This document shows positions 33,326-42,223 of a stretch of 64,000 nt of DNA, one piece after another. Source of the stretch: Bernardetia sp. MNP-M8 (lineage in GTDB: Bacteria > Bacteroidota > Bacteroidia > Cytophagales > Bernardetiaceae). A program made the position numbers and the translations under genes. The stretch spans positions 3,180,676-3,244,675 of the forward strand of contig NZ_CP147012.1 of the NCBI RefSeq assembly GCF_037126285.1, read 5' to 3'. The first letter of the stretch is position 1; each line of letters begins with the position of its first letter. The notes under the pieces are model-generated. The model was given only the letters and a program-made list of their open reading frames with translations. It was not told the origin of the DNA and ran no database searches.

Positions 33326-34354
33326 ATGGAATTACAAGAAAATATTAACATTTTGACAAAAGATTTTAACTTAGATGAAATCACTCTTTTGGGTGTTCGT
33401 CTTAATCAAAATAGCAATATATTATTAGATAAACTATCTATAACAGAAAAAGAGATTACTGGGGATGGTTGGGTTAATACACACAATAACGATTTTTATT
33501 GTTATAGAACATCAGATAATAAGATTGTAGAATTTTTGATTAGAAAAGAAGGTTTAGATGCTTTGAAAATAACAGAGGCACAAGATATTGAGCGTTTATT
33601 TGGCAAAGCAGATTCTATAGAAAAGAAATATAGTTCGCATTATTACTTTTACTCTGATAAAAACTTAGTTGTTTCTTGGAATGATGCAAATAAAAAAATA
33701 TTGGGTATCTATATTGGAAATACTAGAATTACTCCTACATTTTATACAGTAAAAGATTTTTTAGATATTTATCTCCAATTTGTAAATCTAGTTCCAAATC
33801 GATCAGATTGGAATGAAGAAGCTACTTCTTCTCATCCTCCAGAACTTTATAGATTACAACAACTCAAATCTTTAATGAAAGCATTTGATATAGGAGAAGA
33901 TGTATCGAAAAATTTTAAAAACGGCAAATTTTTGAGAAATAGAAAGCCCTTTGAGTATAAACTAATTAATAACGATGTAGAAAGGTATGTTGATAATATA
34001 GAATCACAAAGCTATAAAAAACGAAAAAAAGAGCAATTAGAAGACTACAAAATGCAATGGGGAAGTTCTTTGTCATTTACGTTTACCAAATTTTTAGAAG
34101 TAATAGAACGAGCAGATAACCTTTTAAAAATTAATAGTGGAGTTATGGAAGCCAGTACACTTATGGGAGGTTATACTGTAAATAAAGTATGGGATTTAGC
34201 TCAAAGCATAGATAAAGAAAAGCTAGATGAAATAAAAGAATTATTATATTCTATGATAGACCCACAAGAAAAATCATTTTCAAGAAAGTTGTTGATAGAA
34301 AAGTATAATTTTCCAGATGTAGATTTAGAAGCTGTTGATATAGAATGGTACTAA
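33326..34354 (+). CDS. hypothetical cytoplasmic protein immediately downstream of the MVP-like gene
   Basis: A clean 342-aa ORF with no signal peptide and no recognisable domain. Confidence 0.45.
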   Translation: MELQENINILTKDFNLDEITLLGVRLNQNSNILLDKLSITEKEITGDGWVNTHNNDFYCYRTSDNKIVEFLIRKEGLDALKITEAQDIERLFGKADSIEKKYSSHYYFYSDKNLVVSWNDANKKILGIYIGNTRITPTFYTVKDFLDIYLQFVNLVPNRSDWNEEATSSHPPELYRLQQLKSLMKAFDIGEDVSKNFKNGKFLRNRKPFEYKLINNDVERYVDNIESQSYKKRKKEQLEDYKMQWGSSLSFTFTKFLEVIERADNLLKINSGVMEASTLMGGYTVNKVWDLAQSIDKEKLDEIKELLYSMIDPQEKSFSRKLLIEKYNFPDVDLEAVDIEWY

Positions 34355-34423
34355 AATTATTTCAAACAAATAAAAAAGGCTTTGCATCAAAAATGATACA
34401 AAGCCTTTTTTTATAAAACAAAG

Positions 34424-35827
34424 TTACAGAATATACTGGCTCAAATCTCTATTTTTAATAAGAGCTTTTAGCTTTTCTTGTACCATATCTTTGGTAATGA
34501 CAACATGAGCATTTGGAGGAATAGTATCAGGAATGTCAAATAAAATTTCATTGAGCAAATGACTCATAACTGTATGCAAACGTCTTGCTCCAATATTTTC
34601 AAGTTCTGAATTTATATGAAAAGCAATATCTGCAATTTCTTCTAAAGCATCTTCTTGATAGGTTAGTTTTACACCTTCAGAATCCAAAAGAGCAACATAT
34701 TGTTTACTAAGTGCATTTTTTGGATCTTTCAAGATTTTATGGAAATCTTCTTTTGTAAGAGAATTAAGTTCTACACGAATTGGAAAGCGTCCTTGTAATT
34801 CTGGAATTAAATCAGATGGCTTCGAAACATGAAATGCACCAGCAGCAATAAATAAAATATGGTCTGTATTGACAATTCCATGTTTGGTCGTAACAGCACT
34901 TCCCTCTACAATTGGCAACAAATCACGTTGAACACCTTCACGACTTACATCTGCTCCTCCTCCTTTGTTTCCAGAAGAAGCTACTTTATCAATTTCATCA
35001 ATAAAAATGATTCCTGAGTTTTCGGCTTTTTTGATGGCTTCTATTTTTACTTCATCCATATCAATGAGTTTGAAGGCTTCTTCTTCTAAAAGAAGTTTAC
35101 GAGCTTCTTCTATGGTAACTTTTCTCTTTTTTGAGCGAGAAGGCAACATTCCACTTAACATTTCTTGAAGGTTCATCATCGAAACCTCATCAATTGCACC
35201 ACCAACAACACCTACACCAGGGTTATTGCTAGACTCTAAAGTAATTTCAATTTTTCTGTCTTCTAATTCTCCAGCACGTAATTTTTCTCTAAAACGCTCT
35301 CTTGTTCTTTCGTTAAGTTCAGCATCTGAAGTAGGCATTTCATCATTTGAAAAGCCAACAGTAGAAGGCGTTGTGGAAGTAGAAGGTTGTCTGTTTTTTA
35401 AAGGTGGAATAAGCGCATCCAAAATAATATCTTCTACGGCTTGTTCTGCTTTTTGCTTGACAGCATCACGTTTTTCAGTTTGTATCAATTTGACAGCCTG
35501 TTCTACCAAGTCACGCACCATACTTTCTACATCACGTCCTACATAACCCACTTCTGTAAATTTAGAAGCCTCTACTTTTACGAAAGGAGCATTTGCTACT
35601 TTTGCTAAACGACGTGCAATTTCTGTTTTACCAACACCTGTTGAGCCAATCATCAAAATATTGTTTGGCATAATTTCACGTTGCATATCTGATTTGACAT
35701 GCATACGTCTCCAACGATTACGCAGCGCAATGGCTACATTTCTTTTGGCATCATGTTGTCCAATGATATATTTGTCAAGCTCCTCAACAATTTGTCGGGG
35801 CGTATAATAGATGTTATTGTCAATCAT
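34424..35827 (-). CDS. hslU: ATP-dependent protease ATPase subunit HslU
   Basis: IIGQHDAKRNVAIALRNRWRR, Walker A IGSTGVGKTEIARRLA, and IIFIDEIDKV. Confidence 0.9.
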   Translation of the reverse strand: MIDNNIYYTPRQIVEELDKYIIGQHDAKRNVAIALRNRWRRMHVKSDMQREIMPNNILMIGSTGVGKTEIARRLAKVANAPFVKVEASKFTEVGYVGRDVESMVRDLVEQAVKLIQTEKRDAVKQKAEQAVEDIILDALIPPLKNRQPSTSTTPSTVGFSNDEMPTSDAELNERTRERFREKLRAGELEDRKIEITLESSNNPGVGVVGGAIDEVSMMNLQEMLSGMLPSRSKKRKVTIEEARKLLLEEEAFKLIDMDEVKIEAIKKAENSGIIFIDEIDKVASSGNKGGGADVSREGVQRDLLPIVEGSAVTTKHGIVNTDHILFIAAGAFHVSKPSDLIPELQGRFPIRVELNSLTKEDFHKILKDPKNALSKQYVALLDSEGVKLTYQEDALEEIADIAFHINSELENIGARRLHTVMSHLLNEILFDIPDTIPPNAHVVITKDMVQEKLKALIKNRDLSQYIL

Positions 35828-36127
35828 AAATTTTTTTTCAGTTTTGTTGTTGGTAGGGATACTAACAACGGAAAAAACAGCGACTTGTTATTCTCCTCGC
35901 CATTGTCGATGTTCCCACCGACGATTTTTAGCTTATTAGATTTTAAATTTATCAGTTTATTGTTAATCTAACAAGTATCGTAATTTTTTATGAGAATAAA
36001 AATTGTTATTTCATTTTTATACTTGTTTTAGCTACTTTTAAATTACTTTCTAACAGTTGTTGAAAGGTTATCGAAAATAGTATTCCTTTCTTAACGAAAA
36101 AGAATGTTTTTAGTTTTTTTTTACTGG

Positions 36128-36165
36128 TTTTACTGGTTCAAGCGTCGACGCTTGAACCAGTAAAA
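36128..36165. promoter_or_regulatory. perfect 38-nt palindrome in the divergent hslU / LuxE-like intergenic region
   Basis: ttttactggttcaagcgtc|gacgcttgaaccagtaaaa has a GC-rich centre in an AT-rich spacer. It lies 57 nt upstream of the 36222 start. Confidence 0.4.
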
Positions 36166-36221
36166 TAAATAGTTAGTTCGTAATTTTTAATTAGCGACGC
36201 TGATTATTTCATAATTCGTCA

Positions 36222-37361
36222 TTGATTTATAATATGCATGAAAATTTTATAAAAAAGTATAAAGAGAGTATTTTCTCTATTCCAAAAAACGATTTTGAAG
36301 CATTTGAAAATAAAGCTTTGGAGTTATTTTATTTTCAATCAGAATACAATCCTGTTTATAAGCAGTATATAGAAAAATTGAATATTAATCCGTCAGAAAT
36401 AAATTCTATTTATAAAATTCCATTTCTGCCAATTCGTTTTTTTAAGTCACATACTGTACAGATAGAAGGTGTAAAGACAAATCAAATTTTCACAAGTAGT
36501 GGAATAACAGATTTGACACAGAGAAGTAAACATGCCATTTCGGATTTGCATTTTTATGAAAAATCAAGCCAATTTATTTTTGAAGAATTGTATAAAGAAT
36601 ACGGACAATTAAGTGATTTTCAGATTTTTGCGCTGCTGCCGTCTTACTTAGAACGTGATGGTTCTTCGCTAATTTATATGGTAGATTATTTTTTGAAAAA
36701 TGCACAACCCAATTCAAATTATTTCCTGTATGATTATGAAAAATTGAAGAATGAATTAGAAAAAGCAACTATAACAAATCCTACAAAACCAATTCTTTTG
36801 CTAGGTGTAACATTTGCACTTTTAGATTTTGCTGATTTTTTGAAAGAAAAATATCCTAACTATTGCTTACCTAAAACTAAACGATTTGAAAGTTTAGAAC
36901 CAACTCTCACTAAAAAGAATGAAATAATTGTGATGGAAACAGGAGGAATGAAAGGACGAAAAAAAGAAATGGTAAGAGAAGAGGTTCATCACATTTTAAA
37001 GACTGCTTTTGGTGTTTCTGCAATTGATTCAGAATACGGAATGACAGAGCTTTTATCTCAAGGATATGCAATTAAAAATCTAGAAAAAAATAATTTAGAT
37101 GATAATGAAATTTGGTTTCAAACTCCTTCTTACCTCAAAATTATTATTCGTGATACAAATGACCCTTTTGAATTGAAAAATATAGAAAATGAATCTGAAA
37201 TTCAAAGTGGAGCAATCAATGTCATAGATTTGGCTAATGTAGAAAGTTGTGCTTTTATAGAAACACAGGATTTAGGTAAAATAAATGCCAAAGGAGAGTT
37301 TCAAGTTTTGGGACGTTTTGATTATTCTGATGTGAGAGGATGTAATTTGTTGATTCTCTAA
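36222..37361 (+). CDS. LuxE-like acyl-protein synthetase / PaaK-fold adenylating enzyme (tentative)
   Basis: The N-terminal FEAFENKALELFYFQSEYNPVYKQY...IYKIPFLPIRFFKSHTV matches my recollection of Bacteroidetes LuxE-family proteins. Confidence 0.45.
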   Translation: MIYNMHENFIKKYKESIFSIPKNDFEAFENKALELFYFQSEYNPVYKQYIEKLNINPSEINSIYKIPFLPIRFFKSHTVQIEGVKTNQIFTSSGITDLTQRSKHAISDLHFYEKSSQFIFEELYKEYGQLSDFQIFALLPSYLERDGSSLIYMVDYFLKNAQPNSNYFLYDYEKLKNELEKATITNPTKPILLLGVTFALLDFADFLKEKYPNYCLPKTKRFESLEPTLTKKNEIIVMETGGMKGRKKEMVREEVHHILKTAFGVSAIDSEYGMTELLSQGYAIKNLEKNNLDDNEIWFQTPSYLKIIIRDTNDPFELKNIENESEIQSGAINVIDLANVESCAFIETQDLGKINAKGEFQVLGRFDYSDVRGCNLLIL

Positions 37362-37421
37362 TTTTCATATAAAAAAACAGCATAATTTCGAAGTGAAACT
37401 ATGCTATTTTTTTGATGGGAT

Positions 37422-37799
37422 TTATCTCTCATCTTTCCAAATTCTTTCTACAAACTCTGCTTTATCAAAATCTTCACAAACAAATCCTGCTATTCCACCC
37501 GAACGGCATACTACTTCACAGTCAGCGTTTATGATAGTGTACATTTTATCAGGGTACGTTTCTCCACCTTCTTCTAAGAAAAAGACATACTGACCTTTAT
37601 ATAAAAACTTGTCTATGTATGCTCTTGGTTTTTTAGGAGAATCTTGTAAAGTCATTTCTATAAAACTTTTGACAGATTCACATTTCAATACTTGATGTAG
37701 TGCATCTTTATTTTCTGACTCACTTGAAAACTCTTTTGTTTGGTAGCAAGAAGTAAATAATAATAAAATAAAGAGAGGATAAAAAAATAGTGTTTTCAT
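37422..37799 (-). CDS. small hypothetical lipoprotein
   Basis: MKTLFFYPLFILLLFTSC lipobox. Confidence 0.5.
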   Translation of the reverse strand: MKTLFFYPLFILLLFTSCYQTKEFSSESENKDALHQVLKCESVKSFIEMTLQDSPKKPRAYIDKFLYKGQYVFFLEEGGETYPDKMYTIINADCEVVCRSGGIAGFVCEDFDKAEFVERIWKDER

Positions 37800-37913
37800 T
37801 GCTTGGTAAATTTATGATTGAAAAAATAGAATCAAAAAAAAGAGTTTGATTTTTTCAAACTCTTTTTTTTATACCTCATTGACGGTTTCATTTGAACCTC
37901 AACAATGGTTAAT

Positions 37914-40259
37914 TTACTGTACTTGGTTCATAATACGGATAGCTTCTAGTAAATGAATATCTTTTTTGAGTTCTTTCTCAAATTTATTAAAACTAGCTTG
38001 CTTTACTGTATCTGCTTTATTCTCTTCCAAGTCTTTCTTTAGAGCTAAGATTTTAAGAGTTTCGTCTGCCTGTACCAAGTTTTCGTATTTCTTAGATTCT
38101 TCTTCTAAAGTACGTTGTAAGTCTCTATATTGCTGCAAGTTAAGCGAATAAAGCGTTTCGTTTCTTCGTTTATTCAGACGTTGTGCATTTTCATCAATAG
38201 AAGAGAAAATAGTGTTTTTAGAAACTCGTTTGTCTGTTTCTTTCTGAACTTTATCCAATTTGTAATTTGGAGACCATTCTTGGTATTTTGCTTTTCTAAT
38301 TTCATCCCATTTTAGTGCATATGGTTCTTGCTCTTCGCCAAAATCTATATACGAATACATATCTGGAAGTGTAATATCTGGAACAACTCCTTTAAGCTGA
38401 GTAGCTCCTCCATTAATACGATAATATTTCTGAATAGTGAGCTTTAAAGCTCCTAAAGGCTTAATACTAGCATATTCTTCGCCCAAAACTCTATCTAAAT
38501 CAAGGAAGTTTTGAACTGAACCTTTTCCAAAAGTAGGACTTCCAACGACAATACCACGATTATAATCTTGAACAGCAGCAGCAAAGATTTCAGAAGCCGA
38601 AGCACTAAATTCATTTACCAAAACAATCAAAGGTTTATCAAAAACTACTTCTTTGTCATTGTCAGAATAAACTTTTGGTAGACCACCACGAGCTTTCACT
38701 TGTACTACAGGACCTGTTTCGATAAATAAGCCGACAATATCAATCACATCTCCTAACGAACCTCCACCATTATTTCTCAAGTCCAAAATTAGGCTTTCTA
38801 CATTAGCTTCATTGAGTTTGATGAGTTCTTCTTTCATATCTCTTGAAGAAGTACGTCCATTTTTATCTTGAAAATTAGAATAAAAAGAAGGAAGTTTTAT
38901 ATAACCAATTTTCTTTCCTTTTTGAGGTTCTAAAACAACAGATTTGGCGTATGTTTCAGCCAACACAACTACATCACGAATGATTGGAATTATCTTTGTT
39001 GTTCCGTCTACTTTCTTAACTGTAAGACGAACTTCTGACCCTTTTTTTCCACGAATAAGCTGAACAGCATCATCTAAAGGCATATCAATAATAGAAACAG
39101 GTTCGTCATCTCCTTGTGCTACTTTTTGGATAATATCGCCTTCTTTTAGGTCGCCTTGTTTCCAAGATGCACTCCCTGGAACGATATTCATTACTTTTAT
39201 TTCGCCTTCACGTTCTTGTAGTGTTGCTCCAATTCCTTCAAACTGACCTGAAAACTGAATATCAAAATTTTCTTTGTCTTTTGGTGGATAATATTCTGTG
39301 TGTGGGTCGTAAGCACTTGTAATGCTGTTTAAATATAGATTTCTCCAATCTTTTTTCTTTAAGCGATACATGCGTTTAAAAAACTCATCTTGATTTTTTT
39401 GTACACGCTCACGAGCATCTTTTTCTAATTCAGCCAATGATTTTGCTTTATAGCCTTTTTCCTCTTTTTGTTTTTTCTCTTCGGCTTGTAACAAATCATC
39501 TAAACGAACCATCACCTGATATTTTAAAAGTTTGCGCCAAACCTCTTTTTGTTCGGCTTCATCTTTCGCATAAATTGCTTTGTCGCCATCTAATTCAATT
39601 GTCTCATCTTTAGTAAAATCAAAAGGTGTTTTGAGAACTTCTGTACTTATTTCTTCTGATTCTTTTAATCTTTGTTCGAAGATTTCATAAGCTGTATTAA
39701 AGAAGGCGTAATCGCCTTGTAGAGCTTGGTCATCGATTAGATTTTTTTGAGCTTCAATTTTCTTAAAGTCTTCTTGTGTAAAATAACGCTTGTTGTTATC
39801 CATTCGCTTCAAAAACAAATCAAATGTTTTGGCTGCAAAATCGTCATCTAAGGCTAAAGGCTGATAATGTTGTTGTGTTAGAGCTTGCACTAAAAGAGTA
39901 AGCAAAAAGCGATTTTTCTCTTCATTATCTTCATCTGGATTGTCTAAAGTAGCCAAATTTGGATATTGCAAGGCTACATTCTGAGCAACCATCTCTATTG
40001 GAACTTGATTAGAATCTAACTCTTGAGCTTCAGCAGTATTTTGATTTTGATTACAAGAAGACAAAACCAAAAGAGCAAAAGCTCCTACATAGCCAAATCT
40101 GAAAGTAGATTTAATTTTGGAGTTAATGGATTGCTTTGTTTTCTGAAAAAGTGTGCTATCATTTTCAGTAGTTGAATATATATTTTGAAGGTATGTTTTC
40201 ATGTATAAATTAGTAATGTTGGATAACTTGAATGAAAGCGAATAAAAATGGTAAATCAA
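37914..40259 (-). CDS. ctp: carboxy-terminal processing protease (S41, Tsp/Prc-like) with PDZ domain
   Basis: PDZ (GDLKEGDIIQKV) and S41 catalytic region (LILDLRNNGGGSLGD ... ASASEIFAAAV). The true start is probably the internal Met at about 40202. Confidence 0.85.
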   Translation of the reverse strand: MIYHFYSLSFKLSNITNLYMKTYLQNIYSTTENDSTLFQKTKQSINSKIKSTFRFGYVGAFALLVLSSCNQNQNTAEAQELDSNQVPIEMVAQNVALQYPNLATLDNPDEDNEEKNRFLLTLLVQALTQQHYQPLALDDDFAAKTFDLFLKRMDNNKRYFTQEDFKKIEAQKNLIDDQALQGDYAFFNTAYEIFEQRLKESEEISTEVLKTPFDFTKDETIELDGDKAIYAKDEAEQKEVWRKLLKYQVMVRLDDLLQAEEKKQKEEKGYKAKSLAELEKDARERVQKNQDEFFKRMYRLKKKDWRNLYLNSITSAYDPHTEYYPPKDKENFDIQFSGQFEGIGATLQEREGEIKVMNIVPGSASWKQGDLKEGDIIQKVAQGDDEPVSIIDMPLDDAVQLIRGKKGSEVRLTVKKVDGTTKIIPIIRDVVVLAETYAKSVVLEPQKGKKIGYIKLPSFYSNFQDKNGRTSSRDMKEELIKLNEANVESLILDLRNNGGGSLGDVIDIVGLFIETGPVVQVKARGGLPKVYSDNDKEVVFDKPLIVLVNEFSASASEIFAAAVQDYNRGIVVGSPTFGKGSVQNFLDLDRVLGEEYASIKPLGALKLTIQKYYRINGGATQLKGVVPDITLPDMYSYIDFGEEQEPYALKWDEIRKAKYQEWSPNYKLDKVQKETDKRVSKNTIFSSIDENAQRLNKRRNETLYSLNLQQYRDLQRTLEEESKKYENLVQADETLKILALKKDLEENKADTVKQASFNKFEKELKKDIHLLEAIRIMNQVQ

Positions 40260-40571
40260 CGTTATGGTATTTTACTGTTCCTATTTTTATATCATTTGAA
40301 CTTGAATAAACTAGTCTAAAAAATTAAGCCAAAATACACACTATTTTTCAAAAAAAGCTATTCAGAGGTTTTAATTTGCTTTATTTTTGATTTAACAGAT
40401 TAGAAATAACATTTGTTAGTTTTTCAATCAAAAAAAGACCTTCTCTAATAAAGTTACCCAAAAACAAAGTATATCTGATAAATAAAATTTTATAGGCTTA
40501 TTTTTTGCCTTTAATTTTTGTGTTATCGTTATAATAACAGAACTTTGTCATTTCATTCTAAACCTCATCAC

Positions 40572-41249
40572 ATGTTATTTAGAAAAGCAAAACCCTCTGA
40601 AAAAGAGTTGCATCAAAAAGTCAGTTATTCACAATCGGGAGAAGATTTGATTATAGATTTTTTCTTTACTGCTCGTAAGATAGATAAGCCTTCTTATATT
40701 GATATTGGTGCATACCATCCTTACAAAATAAGTAATACAGCACTTTTTTATGAAAAAGGTTCAAGAGGAATTATTATCGAACCTAATCCTGATGGGTTTG
40801 AAAAATTTACTAAATATCGTCCAGAAGATACAAATTTGAATATTGGTATTGGTAACGAAGAATCTGTTTTGGCTTATTACTCAATGAATTCGCCTACACT
40901 AAATACTTTTTCTGAAGAAGAGGCTAAAAGATATGAGGAAAAAGGTTCAGCACGCATAGAAAAAGTAATAGATGTACAAGTAAAAACATTGACGTATGTT
41001 CTTGAACAATATAATAAAAGTGTTTTTCCAGATTTCTTATCATTAGATGTGGAAGGTTGGGATTATCAAATATTGGAATCTCTAAAGCAATTTCAAACCA
41101 CTCCTAAGCTGGTTTGTGTAGAAACATATAGCTATACAGAAGGCTATATCTACAAAGAACGATTTGATAACTTAATGAAAGAGTTAGGTTATACAATCTA
41201 TGGAACGACAACTATTAACACTATTTATGTAAAAAATGAATTATTTTAA
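40572..41249 (+). CDS. FkbM-family methyltransferase
   Basis: SQSGEDLIIDFFF....YIDIGAYHPYKISNTALFYEKGSRGIIIEPNP matches the FkbM MTase signature. The ATG at 40572 is preferred over the TTG at 40518. Confidence 0.5.
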   Translation: MLFRKAKPSEKELHQKVSYSQSGEDLIIDFFFTARKIDKPSYIDIGAYHPYKISNTALFYEKGSRGIIIEPNPDGFEKFTKYRPEDTNLNIGIGNEESVLAYYSMNSPTLNTFSEEEAKRYEEKGSARIEKVIDVQVKTLTYVLEQYNKSVFPDFLSLDVEGWDYQILESLKQFQTTPKLVCVETYSYTEGYIYKERFDNLMKELGYTIYGTTTINTIYVKNELF

Positions 41250-41258
41250 TATCAATTT

Positions 41259-42080
41259 ATGAAAAATATACAAAAAATAATATATATCCTTCTTTGTCTA
41301 TCTGTGTTTACATCTTGTATGATGCAAGCAGAATTAGACTCTATACAACCTAATTCTGTACAGGTAAAACAAGGAACAGCTCCTATGCAAAACCAATCTA
41401 CACTAGTAGAATATGGTACATTGAGAATTTTGAAAGATTCTGTAACCAAAAGTTATACACTTACAAATACAGGTGAACAAATGCTTTACTTTAGTCAAAT
41501 TACGAGTGATAGCCCAGATTTTTTTGTGAAACTAGAAAAAGATACAGTTGCTTTACTCCCTAAACAAAGCCTAAAATTTTCTGTTACTTTTGCGCCCAAA
41601 TTAGGAGGAACAACAATAGGAAAGATTAGTTTTTCTACAAATGACCCTGCTTTTCCTGTATTTAGTTTTGGTGTAAAAGGACAAGCTGTTGCCCCTCCTG
41701 AGATTATAGGAAGTGGTTCTCCTCAATTTAATGAACTAAATACAGTAGATTTGGGAACAAATGATTTGGGTGAAGATTTGGGAAATGCAACTCGTTTTAC
41801 TATCGAAATTAATATTGACGACCCTTATGATAGAATAAACGCATCAGGACTTAGTGTTAAGTTAGTACCTATTTTTAGTAATGGAGATAGACCTGAGCCT
41901 ATCACAAAAACTCCTAGTGAAATTACGCTAAGCGAGGACAAAAAACGCCTTATTTATAGTATTCCTATTCAATTTGGAAGTAGCACTTTTCTAGACATAG
42001 AGACAACACTTATTCTTTCAAACGGAGATGTATCTAATGTGTTTACAACTCGTGTAGAAAAACCAGCAGCAGCAGAATAA
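41259..42080 (+). CDS. hypothetical lipoprotein (DUF1573/PapD-like beta-sandwich suspected)
   Basis: MKNIQKIIYILLCLSVFTSC lipobox. Confidence 0.45.
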   Translation: MKNIQKIIYILLCLSVFTSCMMQAELDSIQPNSVQVKQGTAPMQNQSTLVEYGTLRILKDSVTKSYTLTNTGEQMLYFSQITSDSPDFFVKLEKDTVALLPKQSLKFSVTFAPKLGGTTIGKISFSTNDPAFPVFSFGVKGQAVAPPEIIGSGSPQFNELNTVDLGTNDLGEDLGNATRFTIEINIDDPYDRINASGLSVKLVPIFSNGDRPEPITKTPSEITLSEDKKRLIYSIPIQFGSSTFLDIETTLILSNGDVSNVFTTRVEKPAAAE

Positions 42081-42102
42081 ATAAGTTCAGCTTCAAAACA
42101 AG

Positions 42103-42144
42103 AAAAAGACATTTACTATTTTTATAAAAGTAAATGTCTTTTTT
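42103..42144 (+). terminator. rho-independent terminator
   Basis: aaaagacatttactatttttataaaagtaaatgtctttttt. Confidence 0.6.
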
Positions 42145-42223
42145 ATGGATTATAAAATCTCTCAAAAAATCAATACATTTGAACGACTAAAAATAAATTC
42201 TTTTTCTATTTGACTTCTTTTTA

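Noticed and set aside
35226-38315. Plus-strand ORFs inside hslU (34965..35168, 35226..35546, 35699..35971) and ctp (37966..38151, 38130..38315).
   Set aside because: They are shadow ORFs of well-supported minus-strand genes.
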